64,000 nt of DNA, from positions 75,704,001-75,768,000 of the forward strand of contig NW_024704743.1 in assembly GCF_018977255.1 (NCBI RefSeq). The letters are read 5' to 3'. The DNA is from Callorhinchus milii. Lineage: Eukaryota. How positions within the stretch are numbered: the stretch's first letter is position 1; each line of letters begins with the position of its first letter. The translations under genes were made by a program, and so were the position numbers. This document shows positions 39,029 to 52,660 of the stretch, one piece after another. The notes beneath the pieces were generated by a model, which ran no database searches, had not been told where the DNA came from, and was given only the letters and a program-made list of their open reading frames with translations.

Positions 39029-39322
39029 ATAATCTTTGCATTTGATATAGCATCTTATCACATCTTCAAGACGTCACAAAGCACTTCACAGAATATACTG
39101 TAAAGTGAATTGACTGTATATTTTATGGGTGAAAATGCGGCAGCTGATTTGTGCACAGCAGTGTCCCACAAACAGCCATGAAATAAATAATTGATTTTAT
39201 TTGGCGGATTGATGACTAATGATACTGAATGATGTGCCCTTCTGTTTTCGAATAGTGCCATGGAATCTTTAATGTCCACCTGAATAAAAAGGGACCTCGG
39301 TTTAACGACTCATTCAAAGGAC
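39029..39322 (-). mobile_element. DeuSINE core and tail
   Basis: gaatagtgccatggaatctttaatgtccacctgaa...cctcggtttaacgactcattcaaagg. Confidence 0.75.
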
Positions 39323-40619
39323 CTGATCATGTTCCATTTTCATAAACCTTTCACTGTCCAAACTAAAAAATATGTGAAAGAATACTGCATTCAATCTCTT
39401 TCTTCTTCTCTCTGAAATTCTGGAGATCCTTCCTTCTGAGCTCTTGTAATCATTTCTGCTGAGAGGAAACGGTTTATCACTTCAATCAAACATTTAGATA
39501 TTGGTCATCAACCAATATCTTTCTCATTAGTGTTGATCATCGCACCTGCTTTAGAATTAAAATTGAATTTCTTCAATTTCATGCCTCAGGAACTGGTATC
39601 TTTTGATGGGTTGAAAGTTATGTACTCAGCGAGCAGATAAATAGCAGTACACAAAATGGGCTGAAGCAACAGACTGTGAAAGCCAACTCCAGGCTTCCAT
39701 GAGACAGCTTTTGCTTTAGGTTCTAAATACCTTTGCTTAAACAATGAAATAAGTCAAAAATAAAATAGTGTTAGTAGAGGACATATCCCACAAAACAAAT
39801 ACCCAAGCACTTTCCAAAATAAGTATGCAATAGGGGTCAAACAAGAACTCTGAATAATCTTTCCCATCCCTGATCCAGGGATGCTGAGGTCAGTTATAAG
39901 ATATCTGATGCTACCCTCTTGATACATATTAAACAAAATTCTTCTTTTCATTGATTAAAATGGTAGAATAAAAGATCTTTACAATATAAATGTAGCTGTT
40001 GGATGGTTTGGATGGTTTCATTTAAAGATCAGATAACTCAGCATAGTTATGTTCCTGGATTCTTCGGCTGTTTAACACAAGGACCTGTCTTTACCATTTG
40101 GACCATCAGTGAGATTGGTTTATCCCCAGTGATGAGCTGGTCTGAATGTTGTCCTCATTCCAAGATTAAATAACAAAGAGGAACTCTTGGCGCTGAGCCA
40201 TATGTTGGTAGCAGCAATTTCCTACTGTAAAGTGATTGTGTCAGTCCAGTGAAATGGAACAAAAGCAGAGTCAGCAAATTGCTGAAAACTGTTTGAGTTT
40301 TACAGTTCAATGTGAATTAATATAACGTAATATAATTGTTAATCATCATTACTAACAAGTGCAATAGTTGGATGTACAGTCAGGTTTCCAAATCAGCATA
40401 AAAGCTGTTTAAATTATCTCTGTTGGCATTTTTATGTAACAATGATTCAGAAATCATAAATTATAATAATTAAAATATCTTCAGTGATTTATTAATCACC
40501 TAATTGATCTGTTCATGTGGATAAATTTCTTCAGTGTAAACAGTATGAAATGTACTCCTAGTAACTTCACATTAAGTGGCCAATTTCATCACAAGATTAC
40601 ATTTCATCCAAGAAAATGT

Positions 40620-40960
40620 CTCGAAACACACCACAGGGAATTGTCGTCAAGTGGAGTGACTGTGCATGTGATAGCCACTTTGCTCAGCAAGATCCGTAAA
40701 GTTGATAACCAATTAATCTGGATGGGTTGAAAGTTATGTATTCAGTGGCCAGGACACCGAGAGAAACTCCCATTGATTTTCCACTAGCATTATTGTATCT
40801 TTGACATCCTCTTGGACAGATCGGTTTATTGCATTATCTGAAGGAAGGGACTTCTGACAGTGCAGAATTACCCCAGCAATGTCTTCCTGGGAGCTCAGTA
40901 TCCTGATGTGGTGCTTGAACACTCAAACTATTGACCCAGAGGCAAATGCGCTACTTACTG
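40620..40960 (-). mobile_element. Diverged DeuSINE
   Basis: tggccaggacaccgagagaaactccc...; head ..gacccagaggcaaatgcgctac. Confidence 0.6.
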
Positions 40961-41377
40961 ATCAAAGTGTAACCCTTTAGAGTTGCCGATTACTCTCTGT
41001 GCAAAGAAATACTTCCTGGTGTCTATCCTAACCTTGCCCTTCACAAACCTAATCCTGTGCCCTCTTCTTCAACCTTAATATATCTGAAACTGTTGTCCTG
41101 GCATTACTGGTTTTCTTTCTCTGTCCTATTTAGCACCTTATATTCCAAGCTTAACTCAGCAGTCAAAGGTGATGCAAGTAAAGCACTGGCCTGGGGGTGT
41201 CAGGGAGAGAGTGAGAGAGAGAAGACTATGTGGGATAGAAATAAGGGTTGATAATATGTTGGGACGAGAGGGAAGGTTCTCAGTGTGATACTGCGGTGAC
41301 AATGGTGTATATCTTGATGGAAGAAGTTTTTATTTAGTACAATATACTTCACAATTTATATTTAGTTTGCTCTTATT

Positions 41378-43605
41378 CTCAGCGAGCGCATTTTGGCTGC
41401 TGCCACCGACCCGAACTGCTTCCCTAAAATGCTCCCACACCTGTCCTCTACCCTCCATTACTCCTGTTTAGTCCTCCTCTCCCACCACCCTCCCCGACTC
41501 CTATCCCTGCTCGACCGTCCCACAACCTCCCTCTGATCCAGCTTGCGCATCTTCCATCCGGCCCAACTGTGGCAGACGCCTCTGGCAGTCCAACAGCAGC
41601 CACTCTGACTGCCCTATCCCACATTCTCGCCGCAAGGCCCATTGGTCCCTGACTCCAGGGGTCAACCTCTCCTCCCTCATCCACATCCCCACCCTCCCTA
41701 TTAGTCCTCCCCCTGGCCCCCACACTCCACATTCTGCCATCAACTGTCCCATCCGCATCAGCCTACAAAATGTCTGCTCCTTCTCCAATAAAACACTCAC
41801 CATCCAAGACCTAATTGTTGATGAAAACATCAGCATTCTCACCCTCACAGGAAACCTGGATCACTCCAGGCGACACCTTCCCCCAGACTGAGGCCACACC
41901 ACCCAGCTACACCTTCCATTATACCCCTTGACCTAAGTGCCGTGGTGGCGGTGTGGCTGTCATCTCCCGGTCCCCACTCTGGCTATTCCCTTACTCCTCT
42001 GGAGCCTTCCCTTCCTTTGAGCATCTTACTCTTTAGAACCCCTCCAACCTTTCCCTCAAAATTCTCCTTATCTATCAGCCCCCCAAACCCTCCACCCTCC
42101 TATCTTCTCTCTCCCTTTGCTCCGAACGCCTCCTCATCCTAGGTGACTTCAAACTTTACTTCACTCCCTTCTGCTCTACCTCTGTTGACTTCTCCTCCCT
42201 TATTTCCTCCCCTCCCTCAACTTCTCCCTCTATATGCATTCCGCCACCCAGTCCCTGGTCAACCCCTTGATCTGCTGATCACTCGGGGCCTCTCAGACCT
42301 CATCATCATCAACATAGCGATCTTGGACATTCAATTCATCTCCCTTAACTCCTCAATCCCTCTCACACCTCCACCTAGCCCACCTCCATCTCCTACTGCC
42401 TCGGAAAAAAATCTCCCACCCCTCTCCCTCTCAGCTGCCTTGAAGTCATCTGAATTCCTTTCCTCTGGGCTTCCTCCCGCAATGACCTATCCTCCTCGGT
42501 CACTCTTCACCATAGCTTATTCTTCTCCACTCTCGATTCCCTTGCTCCCCTCACTTCCCGAACCATCTCCTATTCACATATATCACCCTGGTACTCCAGC
42601 CACCTCCACTACCTTAAAGCACAGGCCTGTGCCGCTGAATGCACCTGGCTTAAACCAAACTCAACATTCCATAGGCAGATGTGGCTGGACCTTATCAAAT
42701 CTTACCGCTCTGCCCTCACCTCTGCTAAATCGTCATTCTACTCCAAGACAATCTTGGAAGGCTAAGGACAACCCCAGGCTCCTTTTCTCTATCATGAACC
42801 AACTCCTCCGTCCACCTTCTCACGCCTCACCCATCCTCACCTCCAATGCCAACTGCGAGGCGATGTTGGACTTCCTCGAATCCAAAGTTGAGGGGATCCG
42901 CTCAGCTGGCTCCGCTCATCCGTCTACTACCCCCTCCCCATCTCCCCCTCTCACGCCGGCCCCTACCCATCTCTCCCTCCACACCTTCGAACCTGTCTCT
43001 TACTCCTCTCTCATCACAACTATAACCCACATGAAACTGACCACCTGCTCCCTCGACCCCATCCCTACCCCTCTCCTTACCTCCCAGCTCCACCTCCTTG
43101 CCCCTCTACTCACAGACATCATAAACCTCTCCCTGTCCACTGGTACTGTTCCTACCCAATTAAAAATATCCGTCATTACTCCTATCTTTAAGAAACCCTC
43201 CCTGGACCCATCACTACTCTCAAACTACTGTCCCATCTCCAACCTCCCTTTCCTCTCCAAGGTCCTAGAACGAGTTGTTGCTTCGCTCCTTCCTCTCCTG
43301 CCACTCCCTTCACGAAAACCTCCAATCGGGTTTCCATGCCGCCCACAGCACAGAAATAGCCCTGATCAAAGTGACAAATGACATTCTGTCCATCTGCGAC
43401 CAGGGCTCCCTTTGCCACCTCGTTCTCCTTGACCTGTTTGCTGCCTTCGACACCATTGACCACTCTATCCTCATTCACCGCCTCTCCTCTCACTTTGACC
43501 TTCACGGTTCTGTTCTTGACTGGTTCAGATCGTACCTCTCACACCACCTCCACTTCATCTCCACAAACAGTTTCTCCTCTAGGCCCCACACCGTCTCATA
43601 CAGCA
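41378..43605 (+). mobile_element. L2 LINE 5' 2.2 kb: short 5'UTR, N-terminal extension, APE endonuclease and RT start (degenerate, 3'-truncated)
   Basis: LQNVCSFSNK, LTLTETW (frameshifted), RGGGVAV, LGDFK, LDLLITRG, TTCSLDPIPT, PISNLPFLSKVLERVV, QSGFHAAHSTE and LDLFAAFDTIDH motifs. Confidence 0.92.
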
Positions 43606-46600
43606 TTCTTCTAGCTACAACTTGCTGTGTTCGCCTAAACAATACAGTCACTACACTTCACAGTAAAATCCTGTGAAGTGCTTTGAGATGAATCAACAAT
43701 GTTTATATATCAAATGCCAAGATTATTATTATATGATTACCTATTTTAATGATCAGCAATGGAAACTGAGTGAAAACCTTTTCCTCATGTTTGATCCTAA
43801 AGCCTGGATTGCATCTGCTTCTTTACACCTGAGGATAGAAATCTCACCTGGATCTAGACATTTGCTTAGCATTTCAGAGCTGTGCAAATATTAGACAATT
43901 CTTCAATTCAATATTCATTTCTATAGGATCTCTTAAGAAATGCAGTAAACCAGCTTCAAAATTAAAACTGAATTTAAGAATTGTCCAAAAGTTTCACTTA
44001 TTCTAAAATGCTAATGAAACAAAGCCCAAGTCTAGACCCTGGTGGAATTTCAATGCAATCCCCTCATCTTCTGATCATTATCTTTTACTGTATTACTGCT
44101 CTTGTTAGATTGTATAGCATGTCAAAAGCAATCGACCGCAGTATGTGACATTCCGAAGTGTAAACTTTCTGCAGCAATGAGCAGCTTAGTTGCACAGCAT
44201 GTTAAGGCACCAGCCTGTAGCATCATGGAGTGACTGGCTACAAGTACAATTTTCCCCTGATACACACTCTGTTATGCTGCTGTGGTGATATGTTGACTGG
44301 AGGCCAGACGACTCCCGATGCACACAAGGCATAAAAACAGATGGGTGCAGCACCTCTGCCATGTGCCTTATGGCATCTGATTCAGTAATGGCACTGGCAA
44401 TGTCACGGGAGCACATCTGAAGCAGATGGTGGCCGGTTGGACGCACCTGAGACGAGAGGGTAAAAGAATAGAGGATAAATTCTCTCTCCTTGTAAAGCAA
44501 ACCATATCTAGTACTGATCAGCCAACACAAAACATAGTCATTGCATTACTTCCCTGCCTTCTCATCAGAACTAAAACTTGGACAAACAAAGTAGACTTAA
44601 AAAGGCCCACATTTCTACTCAGTTTCAGCCTGCAAGACCATTTTGTCTTAATATTTTGGTTTCTTACAGTTCTTAAGTCAAAAGTCTTAAATTCAGCCTT
44701 AATTTGGAAGCTGGCTCTGTTTAAAAACTGAAAAAATAAAAATGTCCTCAATTCTGCATAACCTTACATTTTTAAGACACAGATCATCTTACAGGCTCGT
44801 ACTGAACCACTGAGTCTTTTGAACCAATGCTTTCAGTGCATACCCAAATATTGTCTGCTTTGATTTGCACTGGAGATTATGTAAATAGCAATTTCAGGCA
44901 AGAAAAATTAACTGTCGATGTAACCTTAGCCATTCAAAGATATCTACCTCCACATCAACGCCTGAATTGCAATCATTTCCTAATGGATAGTCCGCTGTCC
45001 ATTCTAAAGCATCACGCGACAACTCCATCGCAACACACGTTAAAAATATCACTGGTTTCCATAATCCCAAGGACTTCCTTATGCATTCATTCTTCAAGTG
45101 GTGCTTGCAGTGGAAACCCTCCCCTTAAGGCTTAAAATTCTTCACTATCTTAGCATTAAGTGTATAGTTTTAAAATTAGAAAATTAAACTGTGGAAAGTG
45201 GAAATTAAGAATTTCCAAATATTTCCAAAATTTTGCATGATGTTAAATTTTAAGTCAATGTTTCTTGAGGATAAGACATTGAAAAATGTATAGCCTTGGT
45301 ATTGTGTTAAAACAAAGGCATTAATATAATCCCTGCTGAAGAGGTTGTTAACTGATTATTCCATTGTTGCTCTCAGTGCTTCTATATAAAAAAAAGCTTC
45401 ATCTGAGCATGTCTCAGGGATGACTCTCCCTCAGATTTCTCCGCCCATCACTGTCAGCAAGTACTTCGTCTTAATTTACAATGACATAGCTGGTCAGCAC
45501 TTACCACTTGAAGGTCTCTAGTCTTGGCCAACACCATGTCAGTCTATATCATTTTGCTCTCAAGTTTTCGTTTAAATTGGGAATTGGTGTGTCTGCACTG
45601 GGTTTATTATGATTGGGGAATTCATACACACCATTGAAAATAAACATGTAGGATTCTTCGTACCCAGCACTTAAACCCTCATCAAACCAACACAGCCGAT
45701 AGCAGTGCAGAGAAAGTAACTGAGGCAATAAGGGAAACAGATTTTTAAACTTTGCAAGCCACAAAAATCTATCCTCTAAAAGGTAAAGGGGCGCCCTGGC
45801 AGATGGCAGACTGTCTATTAAAATATCAAGTGTCATCATCCAGCACTCCCAGATTGGATGCAACATAAAATGTGTTTGCAAACCAATTCTGCATCCTGAC
45901 ATATTACCCATCTCGGAAGACTAAGCCCCCACACCCGCCTCCACCACCATTGTAAGCAATCCTGTCACCCTTGACTATCTCCATTATAAAGCAGTTCAAG
46001 AAACAAAGTTTGATTCACTTGTATAAAACACGTATCTGATCCCTTTTGACTATTTTGATCTGGATCCACTCTGCCACCAAATGGCACTGATATTAAATCA
46101 AACTATTATATCAAATATCATATTAGCCAGCATATTAAAAAAATGCACTAAACACTGCCCTTTTTAAAACAGATCAAATAATTACAACTATAAGTTAGAC
46201 TTTTTTTTCACTTTCACTCTTTCATAAAATGCCTAAGACTGTTGCCAGATACGATGAAATAAGCATAGTATCTCTTTCTTAATTCATAGCAATATTTTCC
46301 AAACACTTCTATCCATAGTTTCAAAAGAATATTCATGGGAAAGAGACGTGTGTTTATGCACTTTGTGTATTCAAAATAAATCATATTTACAAATCCTGGT
46401 ACCGTATACAATGCTTATAAATAACTTTAATCTAATTAAAGGTTGTAATGGAAACATATTTGCAACACTTACTGAAAGAAGTGAAATGATGTTTAGATAA
46501 CAGTTGAATGAACTACATGGAGCACCAGAAACAGAATAACCAAAATGGGATCAAAGGCATAATATATTTTAATAGGATTCCTTACTCAGTCACACAACCA

Positions 46601-47224
46601 GTAACAGGAAGTACAAGTCAAAACATGAGAGCGCCACTCTGAAACCGCCTATAGTAATGGAGTGAGTTCCTGAAACAATAAGTGAAGCAGGCTGGAGAGG
46701 AGTTCCCAGGAATTGGTGGAATTTGTAATGAGATAATTAAGGCATCTCATGAAGAAATATCACATTTTAGACATCCCTGATATCTTTTGTTTCTTGCCTT
46801 TTATTCTCTACAGTCAGGTTCAAACTATGAATTAGGATGTTTAGATGCTGAAAACATCACTCTGTTGAAGTGTTATATTGCATCAAAATTCTTCTTGGAT
46901 GTTTACAATATCAGCTTTCACTGCCAATAACATTAGATACAATCTACTTTCTCCTCTTCTGTCAGAAATGCCTGGCATTTGATTGAAATTACGACCTCTG
47001 GGACATATGGCTCGCTATCTCGCCCTGCAGGGCTGATCAGAAGAATAAAACTTGAAGATTAGTAAAGCCCAATACACCAGTGAGCTCTAGGTACATGCAA
47101 ATGCTGCAAGTTGGAGCAGGTGAATCTAATAGCAATCTGCTGAGGCTGCTAATAGTAATTATGTTCCATCTGATAGAGGGTAAAGATCAGAGGGATTACC
47201 ACAGGCTTCCTAATATATCTCATG

Positions 47225-47430
47225 CAGAGGTAGTGAAATTGTCAAACTTGCTGCCTGAAACCATGGTTAAATCAGATAGTGTAGATGCATTCAAGAGGAA
47301 ACTGGACCTTCACATGAGGGAGAGGGGAATAAAAGGGTATAGGAGGGAGTAAGGAGTGGGTGGAGACTCATGTGGAGCATAAACTCTGGCACGGACTCGT
47401 GGGGCCGAGTGGCCTGTTTCCTGTATATTA
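47225..47430 (+). mobile_element. CR1 3' end
   Basis: ..DAFKRKLDLHMRERGIKGY, then ggagactcatgtggagcataaac...gagtggcctgtttc. Confidence 0.75.
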
Positions 47431-50400
47431 TTTGTAAATCTTTATAAATCCTTCCTGGCTGTATTGTTATGTATTCCTATAGTTAGTCAATTAACAACTT
47501 TCATGTTGAAAGTTAAACCCACACTATAAAAGTCAACTGTTAGAATGATGTATTGTTACCACAGAGAAACAATCTGCTTCATTGGTGTTTTTCTCCAGAA
47601 AGTCTAATCCCATTTTTTTAACCCCCTGCCCCCACAATCCCCATACCCCTTAATATTCCTGTTTTTGAAGCATTTATCAAATTCCCTTTCGACAGAATTC
47701 ATGCACTCTAATTTAACAACAGTTTGTGGCGGGGAATGTATCATGGCAACCACTGTTAGTGTGAATAAAGGTAAATATAACTTGAAACACTCTCTTCCCT
47801 TCTTTGCTATCACAGCCACTGATGTCTACGCTCACGAGTGAAGAATGATCACGTGGTGGAGATACTGGAGGACTGCTGACAAGGGCATCCATTTGTATTG
47901 GGTCTCACTCCTCAGCCCAGCTCTAGAGGTGGTTCACGAACCCTTGTGAAATAGAATCGCTGCTTCCTGCTTCAAATCATTTCTCTGTTTGAAGCAATAG
48001 TGAATTGCTCCAGTGACATAAAGATTATTAAAGAAATAGATCAGAAAAACATTCAGATGAGAGAAGGATTCTTCACGGAAATGAACAATCTCTCCTAGCT
48101 TCAGATGTTCTATAAGATAATTTTGACAATAATTCAACCCTGTCAATTCTGAGGCTTGATAAAACTATTAAAATCACCACCTTAATAATCATCAGCCACA
48201 AACTAAAAAAATGCTATGGCTGTAGGTCATTCCAAACCTGATCTGAGTTCAGATTAGCTCTCGCTCTGAGCTGTTCAGATGATACTCATCTACAATGTAT
48301 CCTGTTTGTGCTTTCTATGTCCACCTCGGTGCTGCCCTGGTTGAGGTATGTTGACTCTTCACCGACCCGGGATTAAATTTGGGTACTTAGGGAGTTTGTG
48401 TGGCTCAGTTTCATGCTTGGAAGCACCTTTATCAAATGGGCCGACAGAGATCTCTTTGTCACAAGATCACAAAATCACAATAGAGGTTTGTTGAAGAAGG
48501 TTCTGTGTCCCATTTGATCTCATTCTTCAAGTACCCAATCTACGTCCTCCCATCACACCATCAAGCTTTTTCTTAAATGAGTTAGATTCCTGGCCTCAAA
48601 CATCCTTTTTGGTAACCTTTCCAGTCTTTAATTACACTTTAGATACAAAGAAATACTTCCTGGTATCTGTCCTGAAATTGGCTTAGCAACCCTGGACCTG
48701 TAACCTCTTGTGCTGCTGCCTTGGCATATTGAAAGTATTGCTTTGGGTTGTATCTGCATTAATCGGATGGTGACATCCACACAGCACCATCATTCTTGCT
48801 TTAGAGAAACAAAAAGACAAAAAAAGTTTTAGCTTGAATCTAACAAAAGACATGATGTCTAGGATAGTAGAAGGACTCACCTTTTGCTTGATACATAGCT
48901 GGAATACAGATTTGTGTGGCCCCATCTGTTGCATTTTTATAAGTAAAACAGGAGAATATATATAAAACAACTGATAATTGTAAAAAAAAATACATTTTTA
49001 ATTTGAGAAAATTAAATTAATGCTAAAGACTGGTATACATGAATCAGGTCAAAGTAATTGTGTTCCTACAATCTATGTAAAATAAAAACAAAAATATAAA
49101 TTAAATGTAAAGTTAAAAAAATCCAGCATAGTTTCAAATGTACTTCTATTTAACACCTGTAATGTGTAGACTTTGATTACCATTTATAAATAAGATTGTG
49201 CCTGTGCTACATATTCAGTGTACTCAAATTGCATTACTTCTTTACTGGAATAGGCTAGGAGCACATATTGATCTCATATTGGCTTAGTGTAAAGTAAGCT
49301 GGTAACAATTTTTACACATGCCGTGCATAGTGCTAACTCACACACTTCCTACCACATTAAATACACATCTACAGTGAAATTACAATGTACATTTATGTCG
49401 CACCATTCACGCAGGACAACATCTGAGTACTACACAGTGGATGCTTAGCAAGGAGAAGAGGGAAGAGGGGGTGACCATAGGTGCAGTCGAAGAGGTAGAT
49501 CTTAAGTTGAAATCACTCTCAACGTGTTTCATACAGCTATCTGTCAACCTTCTTATCAGTCACATTTATCTTGAAATCAATACACAGTTTTTTCAGTGAT
49601 ACTAAACTACCTTGTTTATACATTTTCATCACTTTAACAAAATATTGGCAACTTCTTGAATCTTGTATACATCTATATAATCAGATGCTTTATGGAATAT
49701 TTGCCTGCAGTTTGCATTTGCTGCATTACCAAGAATTCCCTTACAAAGCTAAAATACCTCAGTGCACTGAATATTATTATTGTATTTTTGTTGTGAGTAT
49801 TGTGATTCACTATATCTCCTCCTTACTTAATAATATTTTATCCCCGAATGCACACAAAGGTACAGTCAAAGAGGAAGGTCTTGAGACAGGCCATGTAGGA
49901 GGTGAGGGAGGAGGTGAAGCGGAGGGATTCGGGGATGGAGTTCCAGAGGGTGTGGCAGAAAAGCTCAACCGTCAATGGTGGGGCGGGCAGGGGACATATA
50001 GCAGACCTGTGCTTACAAAACGGAGGGAGCAAATACTGGCCACAGAGACTTTGTTTAAAATAAAATTGCACTTTTCATCAGGGTTACAAACAGCAAGTAG
50101 CAGTTACTGAAATCTTGGTTGAAATCATTAATGAAGAAACCTGATGAGGGGTACATGCCATTTAAACCGAGATGGTTCTATTTCCTCTGCCTCAGAGGCT
50201 GGGGAAGGGGATTTAATTGTAAACTGAGTGGGTATTGATGTCTTACATCTGTTTATAAATTGCTGTAGTTTGGGAAGAGTGTGCTGAGAAGTCTAAGGGA
50301 ATGTTGTATGTCCAACTGTGGCTGTTATTATTCAAGGAGAGACAAAAGAGAGCTGAGCGATCATAACCAGAGAATACGCCACACAAACACGATCCCCCCA

Positions 50401-50602
50401 CCATTAACCCAAAGATCACTGCTAGTAAACACCAAATGTTCATTTTTGTATTTTTATATTGGTGTGGACCAGTTACACAACTTGGAACAGGGTACAATAT
50501 AAAAATCTTGCAGTAGTCGCCCAGCCATTACTTTCTGATCCAATCTTTGCATTTAGTGTGAGCAGCAGTTTAAGCCTTAGGAAAAATCCATTTGTACTTT
50601 AT

Positions 50603-50923
50603 AAATAAATAATAATCCTTGCAGTTGATATAATGCTTTTGCACGTCTTCGAGACGTCTCAAATCACTTCACAGAATATACTGTAAAGTGAAGTGACTGT
50701 ATATTTGTGGGCGAAACGCAGCAGCCAATTGCGCACAGCAGTGTCCCACAAACAGTCGTGGATTGGGTGACCAAATTATTAATTAATTTATTTTTTTCTT
50801 CAGTGATTATTATCAGGCGTGTGGAGTAAGGAAACTTGCCCAGGGTTTTGCTCTGCTGGGAATCGAACCCAGGTCTCTCGCTTGCGAGGCAAGTGCTCTG
50901 ACCACTCAGCTACAGGGCTCCAC
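50603..50923 (-). mobile_element. Full-length short-form SINE, intermediate age (TCGAA loop)
   Basis: Head gtggagccctgtagctgagtggtcagagc, B box ggttcgattcc, short CORE-like segment and tail. Confidence 0.9.
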
Positions 50924-51164
50924 TAAGCAAAGATGCTAAAGAATGACAATATTAGTAACGAGTTAGCTGGTGCCAACTGAGGTGATAGTTGAGAGGGTAA
51001 GAGACAACAGTCAGTATCAACCAGTACTTTCTGGGCTGGTGGGCAGGCACAGCAACAAATTCAGCCAGTGTTCCCGTTTGCTGATCCAGTCATCCTGCAA
51101 TTTTTCCCCCATTGCTAAATTGAATTCCCATGAATCCTATTCGATACAAATCTGAATCAATGAA

Positions 51165-51595
51165 CATTCCTTACATTTGATACTGTGCCTTTCACATTGG
51201 GAGGGCATCACAAAGCACTTCACAGAAACCCCTGTAAAGTGGATTGACTGCGTATTGTATAGTTAACTGTGACAACCAATTTGCTCACTGCAATTTTCCA
51301 CAAACGGCCATAAAATGAATGAGCAATTTTATTCGGGGAATTTTTGGCCAGGACACATGGAGAAACTCCCTTCTCTTTTCAAACAGTGCCATGGCATCTA
51401 TAATGTCCATCTGAACAGGTAAATTGCACCTCGGTTTAACAACTCATCCAGAGAACAGCACCTGCGACAATGGCAGTACTCCACAGCACTGTAGGGTGTG
51501 CCAGTCTAGACTGTGAGCTCAAATTCCTGACGTGGAGTTTGAACTTACCAATCTTTTGACTTAACGGTGAAAGTGCCACTCACTGAGCTAGGCTC
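51165..51595 (-). mobile_element. DeuSINE, near full length
   Basis: Core ttggccaggacacatggagaaactccc...gtgccatggcatctataatgtccatctgaacagg...ctcggtttaac; head ..cactgagctagg. Confidence 0.78.
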
Positions 51596-52094
51596 AACCT
51601 TGCCTTGTTCCATTTTGATGCTTTTACTCCTCCTTCTCAGCTCCTGCCCTGGTAATTTGTTCTGCATGCCTGTCACCTTTTTACTAAACAACATTCTGCA
51701 TTTCCTACTCCCTTTTGCTGTCATTATGTGAAGATATAACACAGGACCCCCAGGATGACCTTCCTCTGTCATCCAAGGGCTTTATCAAGATATAATCTCC
51801 TCATTTACTTTTAATCAATTTCCTGCCTTAAAACCCATATCTTTATACCATTTACTGAATCAGGCATTGACCCAGTTCTTCTGCTTGTACTACTGCCCAC
51901 TCGAGACTCCATTCCAGCTTGTTTTTCATTTCAGAAGTTAACAACTCTATCACAAAATACCTACACCTATACCAATATGCTACATGCAGCTTAAATGAAA
52001 GAAAATCCCATTATAGCTGCACATCACTTAAGGTTGGTTGATTTACTGACAAGAGGACAGCTCTTTGCTCTTCAACTCACAGTAAAAATAAAAG

Positions 52095-52660
52095 CTCTAA
52101 AAAGGAGTTTAGGAAGAACTTCTTTATGCAGAGGATGGTAAGAATGTGGAACTTCACTGCTGGGAGCTGTGGGTACAGCACAAAGCATCAGCAGATTTAA
52201 GAGGATCATGACACCTATGTGAGAGACAGGGAATAGAAGGGAAGAGGAGAGGTAATAATAATAATAATAATCCGTGCATTTGATATAGCGCTTTTCACGT
52301 CGGGAGGACGTCCCAAAGCGCTTCACAGAACACACTGTAAAGTGAATTGACTGTATATTTGTGGGCAAACGCGGCAGCCAATTGCGCACAGCAATGTCCC
52401 ACAAACAGTCGTAGATTGAAAATGACCAATTTATTATTGTTTTTTTTTTTTGGAGGGATTATTATTAGGCGTGTGGAGTAAGGAAACTTGCCCAAGGTTT
52501 CGCCCTGCCTGGAATTGAACTCAGGTCTCTCGCTTGCAAAGCGAGTGCTCTAACCACTGAGCTACAGGACTCCACAGAGGTAGAGGCTCATGTGGAGTAT
52601 AAACACTGGCATGGATTAGTTATGTCAAATGGTCTGTTTATATGTCATTCATTCTAATGT
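52095..52660 (+). mobile_element. CR1 3' end split by a SINE insertion
   Basis: Both halves align to the uninterrupted CR1 end at 47225-47430. Confidence 0.75.
52255..52575 (-). mobile_element. Young full-length SINE with a 7-bp target-site duplication AGAGGTA
   Basis: TSD at 52248-52254 and 52576-52582; intact cloverleaf head with CTCGC-TT-TGC-AA-GCGAG. Confidence 0.93.

Noticed and set aside
42143..43381. 412-aa ORF as a novel gene or active RT
   Set aside because: It drifts in and out of the true L2 frame through frameshifts; C-rich sequence has few stops. It is a degenerate L2.
44186..44530. Moderately GC-rich unique stretch with overlapping ~100-aa ORFs
   Set aside because: No recognisable motif or convincing splice sites; non-ATG or weak starts.
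49571..50110. 179-aa ORF
   Set aside because: AT-rich intron sequence reading into an antisense L2 3' fragment (about 49850-50030).
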